Shown piece after piece: positions 53,601 through 62,652 of a stretch of 64,000 nt of DNA (positions are counted from its first letter, which is position 1; every line of letters begins with the position of its first letter). The position numbers were made by a program, and so were the translations under genes. The notes under the pieces were generated by a model. That model searched no databases, had not been told where the DNA came from, and worked only from the letters and a program-made list of their open reading frames with translations. Origin of the DNA: a virus (taxonomy: Duplodnaviria; Caudoviricetes); IMG/VR virus record IMGVR_UViG_3300049595_005065. One strand, 5' to 3'.

Positions 53601-53833
53601 CGATCATGCTCATCGTTCCGATTGAGCACGCCGAGCGGGTCTACAAGGAGGTCGTGCCCAAGTGCATGATCGACGACGTGCCGTTCTGGCCGCGGCGCCT
53701 GGATGGGACGCTCATTCCAGTCAAGGAGCCGTACCACTTCGGCGCTGACCGGGAAGTGTTCGTCAGCTGGGGCGAGAAGCTAAAGCCTGACGCAGCAAAG
53801 ACTTTGGGCTTGAGTTGGTTGTGCGAAGACTGA
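50696..53833 (+). CDS. polA: family A DNA polymerase with N-terminal UDG family 4-like domain and 3'-5' exonuclease
   Basis: UDG-like VMIVSKIPG..E...GRVG, ELRLVRPDYILCLG, MNPAFILRKP; ExoI DCE, ExoIII YASYD; motif A DLTGAEL, B RVAAKNVNFGIPYG, C IHD. Confidence 0.93.
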   Translation: MTAVMTFHHLMSQAFDDPDSAALAEALYPFLDMTGPGMPQPGPNFIEHANLLGDSIDPAQVKKKKLEPGEHLLYLYRRALYDATFSMPIRVKSGQKVSQFVPGHIWGKAAEKAYGPKPARVMIVSKIPGRDEMADGCVMTGRVGQPFIDVLEDLSVPPEEYLTWYTTFACKFGSPTPDSSTVPAVWLKDCAPLLAQELRLVRPDYILCLGQEAAKAVLNTPGNVSNLSGRVMTIKVPDRLGEREIKVMTAMNPAFILRKPEAYEDFRGQVRRFVDLIHDRMQDTETVDHADIYTEEALIEMVDEMIADPDPNANIIAVDCEWHGDYPTEAGAYLRTIQVSNRDKWARTIVLRYDNGAEAFRPNLDAARVQLNRLLKSTPDRKVRVGGHFLRADLPWLLDFGVDCREEYAPAPSPDIRTAGGWDTSLLYHACNETAKFGLDDCSMRFTTAPTYWVELDKWKKAYQKRKKIKASEMEGYGVIPCSVLHPYASYDADVTRRIMMKFYGTDGTDGLIAKDIFGNDCWLPYWTAHQASLAFLEMEQTGLVIDRPRADELTTLFMNTQDRLLAEIRADLNWPTFNPKSQPQLAVALFGRQFLNRYANTVTVPDDVRPLDLTPVKTTGKRPTLWKELNYKTRRESAVPSTDKESLGILGHTNATAAKIRDYKFISQVLVSVLRKPNTNEEGDFETNEDGHYTYEKGLIGAMHSDGKVRTHLFQTKETGRASSSRPPLQNLSSRREDDYRRILGESYRHPVRSILRVPEGCVGIETDLTGAELAVLAWLSQDQNFIEHVRRNLLPEDHPDHYDIHSRQAVKAFALSGVEPTKTGMKNAGKKGLRVAAKNVNFGIPYGRGPEAIARQCKEEGVEVTAEECQLMIDAYFESYPRTKDFLAECRERSQMPGWLVGPYGRYRRFMPTTDRAVIGEQQRQAQNFPIQGGVADAVSLALNNFYQYRQAHPEIQYDIALQIHDAIMLIVPIEHAERVYKEVVPKCMIDDVPFWPRRLDGTLIPVKEPYHFGADREVFVSWGEKLKPDAAKTLGLSWLCED
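52235..52252. repeat. dispersed palindrome site, extended to 18 bp (GCCAAAGATATCTTTGGC)
   Basis: Exact core 52238-52249; encodes KDIF. Confidence 0.9.
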
Positions 53834-53837
53834 ACGC

Positions 53838-53865
53838 TGGACTTTCTCCGGCGACACGCTAGACT
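53838..53865 (+). promoter_or_regulatory. possible sigma70-like promoter TGGACT-16-TAGACT
   Basis: In the 100-bp gap before the putative SSB gene. Confidence 0.35.
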
Positions 53866-53935
53866 CGGCTTCACCAGTAAACCGCAATTTCACGCGGTCA
53901 TTTGAAATTAGTTTTTTCCCTAAAGGAGAGCAGAT

Positions 53936-55360
53936 ATGCCTCGTTATGCAGCTCAGAATCTTGCCGCCATCGACCCCGAGTACCGCAAGGCCAACGGGAT
54001 CGGTTCGGGCGGCGGTGGCGATCCCACCAAGCGCCGTTACGCCTACGGCAAGCAGAACAACGTCCTGGTCGCCCAGGGCGCGGAGCTGTTTGCCAACGGC
54101 TTCACCATTCGGCTTCTGCCGATCTATGACGAGTCGGCCAAGGACGACGCGGGCAACCGCCAGTTCGTCAACTTCCGCGAGGGCCGCGACAACGCGGCCT
54201 TCGGCGACTGGGGCCGCCTCTACACCTGCGCCAACTGGGTGGGCAACCCGGGCGTGTGTTTCATCATTCACGACGGCAACCCCGACGTGAACATGTATGA
54301 CTCGCCCTACTACGTCCTCCGGAACATCGCCTACAAGAACCAAGACACGCCGGGCATCGGTCGGCTCTACGCCGAGCTGCTGTCGAAGAACTTCGTCCCT
54401 AAGAGCCACGTCGGCTCGCTCCGCAAGCCGGAGAAGACGCTGTTCGTGTCGGCCTCGGCGGTCGGCCTGGACGAAATGGGGCGCCCGGCGCTCCTGACGT
54501 TCGGCGACGATGAGAAGAAGAACGCCCGGATCATCGGCCTGAAGACCTCGGCCGCCCAGGCGCTCTACTCGGCGCTCGCCGTGCGCGACGAGCAGACGGG
54601 CGAGTATCTCTCGGGCGACATGCTCAGCTTCGGCCCCGCCAAGCTGATCACGTTCGTCAACGAGGGTTTCACCAACGGGCACAACGCCAAGAACGCGACG
54701 GCGCTCTCGGTGCAGGGACTCACGGGCGTCCAGGCGCCCAAGTACGCCCAGCAGCAGGCGCCGGTCATCGTGGGTAGCGCCGCGCAGCCCAGCTCGATGA
54801 CGCACCGCGTGGTGATCCACGACAGCTACAACGGCCACCCCGTCTCGCTCGAGCCCTACGCCGAGCAGATCGTGGCCGAGACGCAGTCGTGGGACGAGTA
54901 CATGTTCCTCCCGACCTACGAGGAGCAGGCGGAGATGCTCGTGAAGGCCTTCCCCAAGGAGGCCCTGCAATTCGCCTGGCAGGAGCACCCGGAGTACCTC
55001 CGGACCCTGCCGCGCGGCACGACGACCGTCGAGGTCGGCGGTCGCGACGTCGAGGACCTGGAGGAGCCCGCAGCCCCTGCGCCGCGTGCTTCCGCCCAGC
55101 CTTTCTCGCCGCCGGTGAACCAGACCAAGGCCACCGGCGTGGCTCACGCGGTCGCCGCGGCGCACGACGTGCCGTTCGACGTGCCGTTCGACGTGCCGGG
55201 CGAGCTGTCCGCCGATGAAGCGGCCGGAGTCGACGGAATGTTCGCGGCCGCGACCGACAGCGCCCCGGCTGTTCAGCCGACGGCTACGCCGCGTCCGGCC
55301 TCCAACGTGGCCGACATCGTGGCCAAGGCCCGCGCCGCTGCGGCGTCGCGCGGCCGCTGA
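53936..55360 (+). CDS. putative single-stranded DNA-binding protein
   Basis: Between polymerase and RecA-like gene; acidic Ala/Pro-rich tail with DVPF-DVPF-DVP. Confidence 0.5.
   Translation: MPRYAAQNLAAIDPEYRKANGIGSGGGGDPTKRRYAYGKQNNVLVAQGAELFANGFTIRLLPIYDESAKDDAGNRQFVNFREGRDNAAFGDWGRLYTCANWVGNPGVCFIIHDGNPDVNMYDSPYYVLRNIAYKNQDTPGIGRLYAELLSKNFVPKSHVGSLRKPEKTLFVSASAVGLDEMGRPALLTFGDDEKKNARIIGLKTSAAQALYSALAVRDEQTGEYLSGDMLSFGPAKLITFVNEGFTNGHNAKNATALSVQGLTGVQAPKYAQQQAPVIVGSAAQPSSMTHRVVIHDSYNGHPVSLEPYAEQIVAETQSWDEYMFLPTYEEQAEMLVKAFPKEALQFAWQEHPEYLRTLPRGTTTVEVGGRDVEDLEEPAAPAPRASAQPFSPPVNQTKATGVAHAVAAAHDVPFDVPFDVPGELSADEAAGVDGMFAAATDSAPAVQPTATPRPASNVADIVAKARAAAASRGR
55166..55198 (+). repeat. 12-bp tandem repeat GACGTGCCGTTC x2.75 (DVPF)
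   Basis: Read directly. Confidence 0.9.
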
Positions 55361-55372
55361 TCGCTCGTCTGT

Positions 55373-55409
55373 ACGGCGTTGGGGTACGTACCCTGTCGCC
55401 GTTCTATTT
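55373..55409 (+). terminator. probable terminator hairpin with T-ACGT-A loop
   Basis: ACGGCG..GGGGT-ACGT-ACCCT..CGCCGT then TCTATTT. Confidence 0.55.
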
Positions 55410-55460
55410 ACACCGTTTCGCCGCAGTGCTGCGTAGCCAGCGGCGTCTTTTGAGGGAGTT

Positions 55461-56837
55461 ATGGCAAAACGTAAGAAGGCGACGGAAGAAGAAGGAGTCG
55501 TGAGCCTCCAGACACGCAACGGGGAACACCCGGTGATCACGGAGGTCCTGAAGGCGAATGCCGAGGATCAGGATCCGCTTATCGGCCTGCCGTTGCCATC
55601 GTTGGCTGCGCGGTACTTGCTGCAGGCCAACATATTTCCGCTGTCCCGGTTCACGCAGCTCCGCGGCGAGTTTTCCGCGGGCAAGTCGGCCATGCTCATG
55701 GAGATCATGCGCTGGTTTAACGTGTACGGCGGCGGTGCCATCCTCATCGACACGGAGAATAAAAACTCCGAGACGATGCTCGACGGCATCATGGGCCACA
55801 ACGAGGACTACAAGCGGCGCACGTTCTGCGTGAAGGCCCAGAGCGTCGAGGACTGGCAGAAGAAGTACATGGGCTTCTGCCAGAAGATTCACGCCCAAAG
55901 CGACAACGCCGACCGGGCTTTCCCGGTTTGCATCGGCATCGACTCGATCTCGGCTGTCGAGGTCGACCGCCGCGTCGACAAGGTGGCCGAGGAGGGGCAC
56001 GCGGCGGCAGGGCATCCGTACCTGGCCCGCAATCTGTCGGACTTCATGCGCACCGCGCTGGTGCCCACGCTGCGGCACTACCCGATCGCGTTCGTGGCGA
56101 CCAACCACCTCAAGGAGGAGATCAACTCCATGGGGTTCGGTCCGCCCAAGAAGTACGCGCCCGGCGGCGCCAGCCTGGACTACTACCCAACCTTGATCCT
56201 GGACATGCAGCGCATTTCGCGCAGCACGCTCCAGGTCGGCCGGGCCGAGGGCCAGGCGGTGCGGATCACGGCCACTAAGAACAACCTGGGCGCCCCGGGC
56301 CGCAAGGTGGTGGTCAATCTCATGTGGTACAACGAGATCGTGTCTTGCAAAGACAAGTTCGGCAACGACTCGTTCAAGAATCAGCAGTTCCACTACTGGG
56401 ACTGGCACACCGCTTCGATCCGGCTCCTCATGGAGCTGCAGGACGAGAACAACAAGAAGCTCCCGGCGGGCATGGACCCCAAGCTTCCGGCCCTGCTGCG
56501 CCAGGTGTGCGATCTCGAGTACAAGCACGGCACCAAGAACGCCGACGTGCCGCTGGTCTTCTCGAAGGCCCTGGGCGTCTCCAAGCAGGAGGCCCTTAGT
56601 GAGGTCGAGATTGCCATGGTGCTCGAGAAGAACACCAAGGTCATGGGCGTGCTTCACGGCCTGCTGGGCGTGAACGACTACCTGGTGTGCGACCCCGCGG
56701 TGCGTTACCGCGAGCAGGTTCAGGCCGAGCTGGCCAAGCAAAACATTGTCGACGAGCCGGAGCTTCGCGCGGGCGAGTGTCGCGTGATGGCTGACGTGCT
56801 TCCGGCAGATTTTGATCCACTGGGCCAGGTGAGTTGA
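55461..56837 (+). CDS. recA: RecA/UvsX-like recombinase
   Basis: Walker A GEFSAGKS, LIDTEN, Walker B IGIDSISA, ATNH, PGG.SL.YY. Confidence 0.85.
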   Translation: MAKRKKATEEEGVVSLQTRNGEHPVITEVLKANAEDQDPLIGLPLPSLAARYLLQANIFPLSRFTQLRGEFSAGKSAMLMEIMRWFNVYGGGAILIDTENKNSETMLDGIMGHNEDYKRRTFCVKAQSVEDWQKKYMGFCQKIHAQSDNADRAFPVCIGIDSISAVEVDRRVDKVAEEGHAAAGHPYLARNLSDFMRTALVPTLRHYPIAFVATNHLKEEINSMGFGPPKKYAPGGASLDYYPTLILDMQRISRSTLQVGRAEGQAVRITATKNNLGAPGRKVVVNLMWYNEIVSCKDKFGNDSFKNQQFHYWDWHTASIRLLMELQDENNKKLPAGMDPKLPALLRQVCDLEYKHGTKNADVPLVFSKALGVSKQEALSEVEIAMVLEKNTKVMGVLHGLLGVNDYLVCDPAVRYREQVQAELAKQNIVDEPELRAGECRVMADVLPADFDPLGQVS

Positions 56838-57379
56838 TGGATCGTGAAGATTTTTTTAACAACCTACGCAATGAAGACACCGTCCAAGACGAGCTCCTCC
56901 GCGCCCAGCGGCAGCTTGGCTACGAAGAGCGCGTCATCAAGCGGGTCTTCGCAGAGTGTGGCATCAAGATTACTGGCTGGGGTCTTATGGCAAACCTATG
57001 CCGCCACGAGACCGGCAAAGACAAGCTGAACTTTGACTGGTTCAACACGGCGTTTCGCCGGTTCCCCGCCAGGCTATGCGGGCGGCGCATACCGCGGCTC
57101 CACGAGCTGACGCTCCACGACCTCTGCAAGCCGCTCGGGCAGAACCGCCTGGCCAAGTCGGTCGCCCGAGCGCTGGCCAAGGACGCGGTCGAAGGCGAGG
57201 ACAACAAGTACGTCTTCGTGTTTCCCGTGATTCGCACGTCGTTCTGCGCCCACAACCTGGATTACGCCGTGCCGGGCATGTCCCTGTCGCTGCGCGATCC
57301 GGACGGGAAGCTTATGCTGGCGGTCGGTCCCACGAAGTCTCTTTTCCAGACGATTGGAAAAGACTGGTTTGAGCTCTAG
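56837..57379 (+). CDS. hypothetical protein
   Basis: TGATG coupling. Confidence 0.75.
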   Translation: MDREDFFNNLRNEDTVQDELLRAQRQLGYEERVIKRVFAECGIKITGWGLMANLCRHETGKDKLNFDWFNTAFRRFPARLCGRRIPRLHELTLHDLCKPLGQNRLAKSVARALAKDAVEGEDNKYVFVFPVIRTSFCAHNLDYAVPGMSLSLRDPDGKLMLAVGPTKSLFQTIGKDWFEL

Positions 57380-57385
57380 GAGCAG

Positions 57386-58561
57386 GTGGCACGGATGTCT
57401 GGCGCGCCGACCCGATCCCGCTCGATCTTCGCCCCCGTCACCGCGCTGGCCTTCAACGGCCGCCAGTACGAGGACCTCAAGCAGTTTCTGACACAGCGCA
57501 GCGAGCAGACGCTCGTGGTGCCGATCTCCGACGTGGAGCAGCTTCTGCTTGCCGCGGACGGGCGGCTTGCCGAGAACGGCTACCGCTTCAACATCCTGGG
57601 CTTTCAGGCGCTGGCCAACGGCCTGGGGAGCGGACTGAGCAGTCTGTTCACCGAGCTAATCGGATACCACCAGACGCGCCACGTTCAGGAGTTTGAGCCA
57701 AATCTCCAGGCTGCCGTGAGCATCTTCAACACGGTGGTTCGGGCCCGCATCGAGACCGTCCGTGAGCGCACGCTGCTGGTGGACCAGCAGGCGCGCGTCG
57801 TGGAGGGTTTCCTGGGCTTGAACCACCGGATGCTCGACAACAGCAGCTTCCTGGAGAGCATCCAGACCGAGATGCAGGCCAAACAACCGCAGGCCCGCTT
57901 CCACCGGGCCGAGCTGCTCGGGCGCGAGCTGCGCGTCTTCTACATCGACCCGGCGACCCAGCGCAAAGATATCTATTCGGACTCCCGGCACTCGATCGCC
58001 GCCGGGTGGGCGTTCAGCAACAGCGAGGACCGCCAGAAGGCCGTCACCGCCGGGCTGTGCCTGTTCACCCGCTTTGGCGTGGCCTTGGAACGACCCAAGG
58101 CGAGCTTCCGCATGTCTCACGTCGGCGCCGACCTGGCGGGACGTGCCGCCATCCTGCTCTCTCGCGCCGCCGCCCGCGAGCTGGACGTGCCGACGGTGCT
58201 CTCGCAACTTGGTCGGCTCCAGACGACGCCCATGGGCTTCGTGGACGACACCGAGAAGTTCGACCGCACCGTGACCGAGTGGGTCCAGCAGCTGACCCGC
58301 CTGGGCGTGCTCCGCGATGACGCCAAGTCGATCGTGCGCAACGCTGCGATGGTCGGAGCGGATTTGACCGCCCGCGATCCGGTCGAGGTGTTCACGCGCA
58401 GTGGTTTGGGCGCGCGAACGGCGTACGACCTGATGTGCTCTCTGCTGCGGTACGCAAGTAACGAACCTTCCAAGTCCAAGGAGCGCCTGCAAATGGTGGC
58501 CATGGACATGGTGACCCCCAGACAAAGGAAGCGCAAAACTCAAAATGACCGACAACCCTAA
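57386..58561 (+). CDS. DUF932-like protein (divergent)
   Basis: GFLG.NH..LDN..FL and GWAFSNSE...AV..GL.L resemble DUF932. Confidence 0.45.
   Translation: MARMSGAPTRSRSIFAPVTALAFNGRQYEDLKQFLTQRSEQTLVVPISDVEQLLLAADGRLAENGYRFNILGFQALANGLGSGLSSLFTELIGYHQTRHVQEFEPNLQAAVSIFNTVVRARIETVRERTLLVDQQARVVEGFLGLNHRMLDNSSFLESIQTEMQAKQPQARFHRAELLGRELRVFYIDPATQRKDIYSDSRHSIAAGWAFSNSEDRQKAVTAGLCLFTRFGVALERPKASFRMSHVGADLAGRAAILLSRAAARELDVPTVLSQLGRLQTTPMGFVDDTEKFDRTVTEWVQQLTRLGVLRDDAKSIVRNAAMVGADLTARDPVEVFTRSGLGARTAYDLMCSLLRYASNEPSKSKERLQMVAMDMVTPRQRKRKTQNDRQP
57965..57976. repeat. dispersed palindrome site AAAGATATCTAT
   Basis: Exact; encodes KDIY. Confidence 0.9.
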
Positions 58562-58567
58562 TTTGCC

Positions 58568-58595
58568 TTGACGCTATTTCGTCAGGGCGTACAAC
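58568..58595 (+). promoter_or_regulatory. possible sigma70-like promoter TTGACG-16-TACAAC
   Basis: In the gap before 58626; GGAGG follows. Confidence 0.35.
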
Positions 58596-58625
58596 ACGTG
58601 ATCCATTTACCCATTGGAGGAATCC

Positions 58626-59552
58626 ATGACTCGCCGATCCAACGCGATGGTGGCTATTCAGACCGCGGCCGTGAAGGCTGAAACCGAAGGACCGCAGCTG
58701 AACGCGCGCCTGCAGGCCGTTGTGCGCGAAATCGACACGCTTTTTGGTGACGCACAGACCGCTAGCCTGACGGCTTTCTGGGAGATCGGCCGCCATATCC
58801 ACGACGTCGCCACCGACCCAGATACGTACCTGACCGAGGAGCAGAAGACGGCCCACGTCGACCCGACCTCGCTCCTGATCGCTGCTTTTGCGCCGGTCTA
58901 CACGGCCGAGCAGCTGCGCAGCGCTGAGGCGTTCTTTGAGAAGTATCCGTCGGAGCGCGAGCTGAACCGGCTGCTCGACCTGCGTTCCCCGGACAACCCG
59001 AAGTGGCGTATCACCACCTCGCACGTCCAGCTCCTCACGCAGATCCCCGACGACGACCAGCGCACGGCCCTGGAGGAAAAGTGCGCCGAGGAGGCCCTCC
59101 CGGCCAAGACCCTGGCGAACGAACTCCAGGAGATCCGGGGCAAGAAGCCCGGCGGCGGCCGCAAGCACCAGGCGCCCAAGGGCATCAAGAACCAGCTGTA
59201 CGACCTGCTGCAGCATCTGCGGCGCCTTGTGGGCCGTTCGGAGTCGCTCTGGCTGGGCGACGAGAACATCTACGACGACTACATGAACACCTCGCCCACG
59301 AAGCGCGCTGGCGTGCCCGAGGAGCATTTTCAGGAGCTGGGCGAGCTGCTCACCAAGGTTTCCGACGTCATCGGCGACCACATCGCCATGTACAACAAGG
59401 TGGCCGAGGCGCTCGAAGACTCGGGCGAGCAGGACGAAGAAGTGACGGAGGACGAGGATACGGAGGATTCGGAGAGCGAGATCGAGTCGGCTGCCCGTCG
59501 CGCCGCCTCGGCTGCCGCCGCCGCTCGGCGGAAGTCCAACATCACCCGTTAA
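58626..59552 (+). CDS. DUF1016_N (YhcG N-terminal)-like putative DNA-binding protein
   Basis: FWEIGRHI and ITTSHVQLL......R..LE..C....L....L; acidic then basic tail. Confidence 0.45.
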   Translation: MTRRSNAMVAIQTAAVKAETEGPQLNARLQAVVREIDTLFGDAQTASLTAFWEIGRHIHDVATDPDTYLTEEQKTAHVDPTSLLIAAFAPVYTAEQLRSAEAFFEKYPSERELNRLLDLRSPDNPKWRITTSHVQLLTQIPDDDQRTALEEKCAEEALPAKTLANELQEIRGKKPGGGRKHQAPKGIKNQLYDLLQHLRRLVGRSESLWLGDENIYDDYMNTSPTKRAGVPEEHFQELGELLTKVSDVIGDHIAMYNKVAEALEDSGEQDEEVTEDEDTEDSESEIESAARRAASAAAAARRKSNITR

Positions 59553-59563
59553 GAAAGTTCCGC

Positions 59564-60112
59564 ATGTTCTTTGTTCGTGAAATCCCCGTGGTCATCGAAC
59601 CGGGCGTTGCTGTGTTGGAAGCTGAAATCACTGTCAGCGGTCCCAAGACGGGCGAACGGAAGATGGCGGCGCATTTCTTTCGCGTCCCTCTCGACGAGAA
59701 GGTCGCGCCGAAACTTCCCCTGGTTCCGACGACGGAGCACCCGCATGTCTTCTCGTTGCACGAGGACATCGACAAGTCGCCCGCCCTGCTGGTCTACGAC
59801 CTGCTCGGGCGCCTTTCATTGCTTTATACCCGCGACCAAAATCGCCGGTCCTGGGAGCGGCACGCGGTCATTGACGAGCACGCAGGCAAGAGCATCACCC
59901 AGTTTTCGGTGCGCTTCTGCTTCAGCGCCGTGAAGGACCGCAACAAGTTCGTATCGTTACTCGACGGCATGATCCAGCAGATCCGCAACGGCGAGACAGT
60001 CTCCAAGGCAGACATGACGTCCGCCCTGACGCTCCTGTCTCGATCGAGGGTCGCGCCGGTGATCCTGCCGGTGGCTGTCGCCAAGAGCAAACTGAAAAAC
60101 GTGCAGCTGTAA
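59564..60112 (+). CDS. hypothetical protein
   Basis: ATG 59564 in frame with ORF 59003..60112. Confidence 0.7.
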   Translation: MFFVREIPVVIEPGVAVLEAEITVSGPKTGERKMAAHFFRVPLDEKVAPKLPLVPTTEHPHVFSLHEDIDKSPALLVYDLLGRLSLLYTRDQNRRSWERHAVIDEHAGKSITQFSVRFCFSAVKDRNKFVSLLDGMIQQIRNGETVSKADMTSALTLLSRSRVAPVILPVAVAKSKLKNVQL

Positions 60113-60143
60113 GGGCTGCGCGTAGTTTCCAGGGACGGAAACA

Positions 60144-60908
60144 ATGGCGTGTGACACTCCGGAACTTTGCGTCTGCGTCCTGTTCTACGGGGAGGACGAG
60201 GTGGCTTTGCCGCTGGCCCAGCGCGTGCTCAACGCGCCGCTGCGGCAGCTGGCCAAGCAGAACGTTGAGTTTCGGTTCGGTTTCAACGCTGTAGGCGAGA
60301 AGACCAGGGCGTACGTGCGCGAGGCCGTTGAGACCGATTTTCACAGACATCTGTGGATCGAGCCCGAGGGCAACATTTTCAAGTACCCGATCATGAGAAG
60401 GATGCTCCATGAGCAGCCGCTCCGCGCCCCGCTCACGATGTGGTTCGACGATGACTCCTGTCTCGCTTCGGACTGCGACGTGGCCGCGTGGTGGCCAAGG
60501 GTCAAGAATCTGCTCGACACGTACGCCATGGTCGGATCGCTCTACAAACAACGACTGCTGGGCGACCAGCCGATCTGGATCAAAAACCAGTGGTGGTACA
60601 ACCAGAAGCCCATACCGCCCTACGTCAAGTTCATCACGGGCGGCTGGTGGACCATCCGCTCGGAGATCCTGCTGCGGTACGACTGGCCGACGCCAGAGCT
60701 GCGGCACCGCGGCGGCGACGTGATGCTGGGCGCCCTGTGCGCGCAGCAGGACATACCGATTACACACTTCCGGGATAAGGTCTGGATCAACGCCAATGCC
60801 GAAGGGGTCGAAAGCAAAGCGCCGCGCCGAGGCTGCAATGAAACGCCCATCGGCATCCGCCGCGGTTCCGGCCCCACTGCCACGAGAAACACTCTTGGCC
60901 CAGGGTAA
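60144..60908 (+). CDS. putative GT-A fold glycosyltransferase
   Basis: MWFDDDS (DxD), FITGGWW.IR, GGDVMLG. Confidence 0.55.
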   Translation: MACDTPELCVCVLFYGEDEVALPLAQRVLNAPLRQLAKQNVEFRFGFNAVGEKTRAYVREAVETDFHRHLWIEPEGNIFKYPIMRRMLHEQPLRAPLTMWFDDDSCLASDCDVAAWWPRVKNLLDTYAMVGSLYKQRLLGDQPIWIKNQWWYNQKPIPPYVKFITGGWWTIRSEILLRYDWPTPELRHRGGDVMLGALCAQQDIPITHFRDKVWINANAEGVESKAPRRGCNETPIGIRRGSGPTATRNTLGPG

Positions 60909-60984
60909 GTGCTGCGGACGCGGCTGTACCAACTGTCCCTATGATCCGCCGCACGTTCGCGGCAGTACGAAAGTCCAACCATGA
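60838..60984 (+). CDS. DUF5522-like small Cys protein overlapping the GT 3' end
   Basis: LLAQGKCCGRGCTNCPY; GAGG before ATG 60838; ATGA coupling to next gene. Confidence 0.65.
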   Translation: MKRPSASAAVPAPLPRETLLAQGKCCGRGCTNCPYDPPHVRGSTKVQP

Positions 60985-61379
60985 AACTGACGACCGACAC
61001 CGTCGACATCGACACATCCCGCGCGCGGTGGCCCAAGGACCAGCCGTTCCGGCCCGCCCTGATCAAGAGCCGCAAGCAGGACAAGCGCAAGTGGGTGGTG
61101 CTGTCCGAGCCGCTCCTGCCCGGACAGGAGCCGCAGTGGGCCTACACGGAGCACGACGAGTACATTCGTATTCCCGTGTTTCCCTACATGCTCAGCCCGC
61201 GGGGCGACCAGGCGTTGGCGTTCATGCTCCAACTCGGGCTCTCCTGCGCCGCCCACCTGCCGCAGCCCATCTCGGAACTGTACATCGTGACCGGCGTTCC
61301 GGTTCAGCTTCTCTACGGACCTGACAACGAGTGCACCGGGATGCGCTGCTGGGTTGGGTTCGCCATCATCACGGAGTAA
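60981..61379 (+). CDS. hypothetical protein
   Basis: ATGA coupling. Confidence 0.7.
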   Translation: MKLTTDTVDIDTSRARWPKDQPFRPALIKSRKQDKRKWVVLSEPLLPGQEPQWAYTEHDEYIRIPVFPYMLSPRGDQALAFMLQLGLSCAAHLPQPISELYIVTGVPVQLLYGPDNECTGMRCWVGFAIITE

Positions 61380-61381
61380 CC

Positions 61382-61807
61382 ATGGCAACGATTCCTGTAA
61401 CCATTAATTCCTGTAACGTACCGACGGCGCAGCCTGAGACCGAGCCGACCGATCCGGCGGGCATCATCGCGACGGCAGGCAAGAAGATCGCCGCGGCCTA
61501 CCGGCGCTACGACGAGTTGCGCGTGCTGACGGCGCAGCTCAACGGCCTGCAGAACGAAGACCCGATTCCCGAGGCGGTTCAGATTCGCGAGGTCACGATC
61601 GACTTCACCGTGAATGGGCAAGCCAAGACGGCCTCCCTCCGCAGCATTCACAAGGTTGGCGACCTGGCCGACCTGCTGGGTCGCGAGACCGAAGCGCTCA
61701 TCAAGCTCATCCTGGAGCAAGCGACGGCCGCGCAGGCGAACGCCACGGCGGTTGTCGAGGCCTGCCTCCGGTCCAGCGCCGCCATTAAACCCCCGCAAAT
61801 CGTATGA
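61382..61807 (+). CDS. hypothetical protein
   Basis: ATG 61382 after GGAG. Confidence 0.7.
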   Translation: MATIPVTINSCNVPTAQPETEPTDPAGIIATAGKKIAAAYRRYDELRVLTAQLNGLQNEDPIPEAVQIREVTIDFTVNGQAKTASLRSIHKVGDLADLLGRETEALIKLILEQATAAQANATAVVEACLRSSAAIKPPQIV

Positions 61808-62637
61808 AAGTCAAAGGCTTCAGTTTCAGCCGCGTCAAAGAACGGCGCGACCGGATTTTTGCCCACGCCCTGCGGCCGTACATCGCGGCGCGGATCGTGG
61901 GCGAAACCGTGAAGGACATCTGCAAGGACATCGCCAAGGAGCTGCCGCAGACCGCCTCGCGTGACGCCCTTTTTGAGTCAATCCGGGTCATGGCGGGCAC
62001 GCTTCTCACGCAGCGCGACGCCCGTGAGCTGGCCTGGCGCCTGGCAGGAAACGTCGACCGGCTCCAGGCGGGCCAGCGGGTTCTCCCCTGGACGCGGCAG
62101 ATCGAGGACGAGATCGTCCCCGTGCGCATCGAGCGGATCTACGCCGAAAAGCGCCGCGACAGCCACGGCTACACGCTGCACTGCCGCGCTCTGGCCGGGA
62201 CACCCTGCCCGATGGTTTTCCCGCAGTTCTTCAGCACCCGCAGCTGTCGGGCGATCTCGCGTACGCTGGGCTTCTCGGCAAGCTGGGGCACGTACCCCAT
62301 GCACACGCCGCTCCACTTCATGGGGCTGATGTTCTTCGCCCACATCGAGGCAGACAAGAGCGGCGAGACGCCGTACTTCAAGACAGTCAGCAACACCAGC
62401 GGCCTGGTTGCGCAGAACCGTCCCAAGATCGAAGTCCGCTGCCGGGTGAAGCCGTGCCCACGGGGATACCGACATGCCTGCGACAAGTGCTGGCTTGGAC
62501 AGGACGAATGCCCGGCGGCGATCTACCCGCGGAGTTTAATTCAACGGGAGTGCGCTCAGTGCGCTACGATGGGTTTTTTCGAGCCCGACGACGATGGAAC
62601 CGTTTGCCTGAATTGCCGAGGCTCGCACCATCAATGA
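61804..62637 (+). CDS. hypothetical protein with C-terminal Cys clusters
   Basis: CRVKPCP...CDKC...C...CAQC...CLNC. Confidence 0.75.
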   Translation: MKVKGFSFSRVKERRDRIFAHALRPYIAARIVGETVKDICKDIAKELPQTASRDALFESIRVMAGTLLTQRDARELAWRLAGNVDRLQAGQRVLPWTRQIEDEIVPVRIERIYAEKRRDSHGYTLHCRALAGTPCPMVFPQFFSTRSCRAISRTLGFSASWGTYPMHTPLHFMGLMFFAHIEADKSGETPYFKTVSNTSGLVAQNRPKIEVRCRVKPCPRGYRHACDKCWLGQDECPAAIYPRSLIQRECAQCATMGFFEPDDDGTVCLNCRGSHHQ

Positions 62638-62652
62638 TTTGCGAGGCGCGCC

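Noticed and set aside
56851-56859. T7 run as a -1 frameshift site
   Set aside because: The -1 frame meets TAA immediately (56857-56859) and no stimulatory structure is evident.
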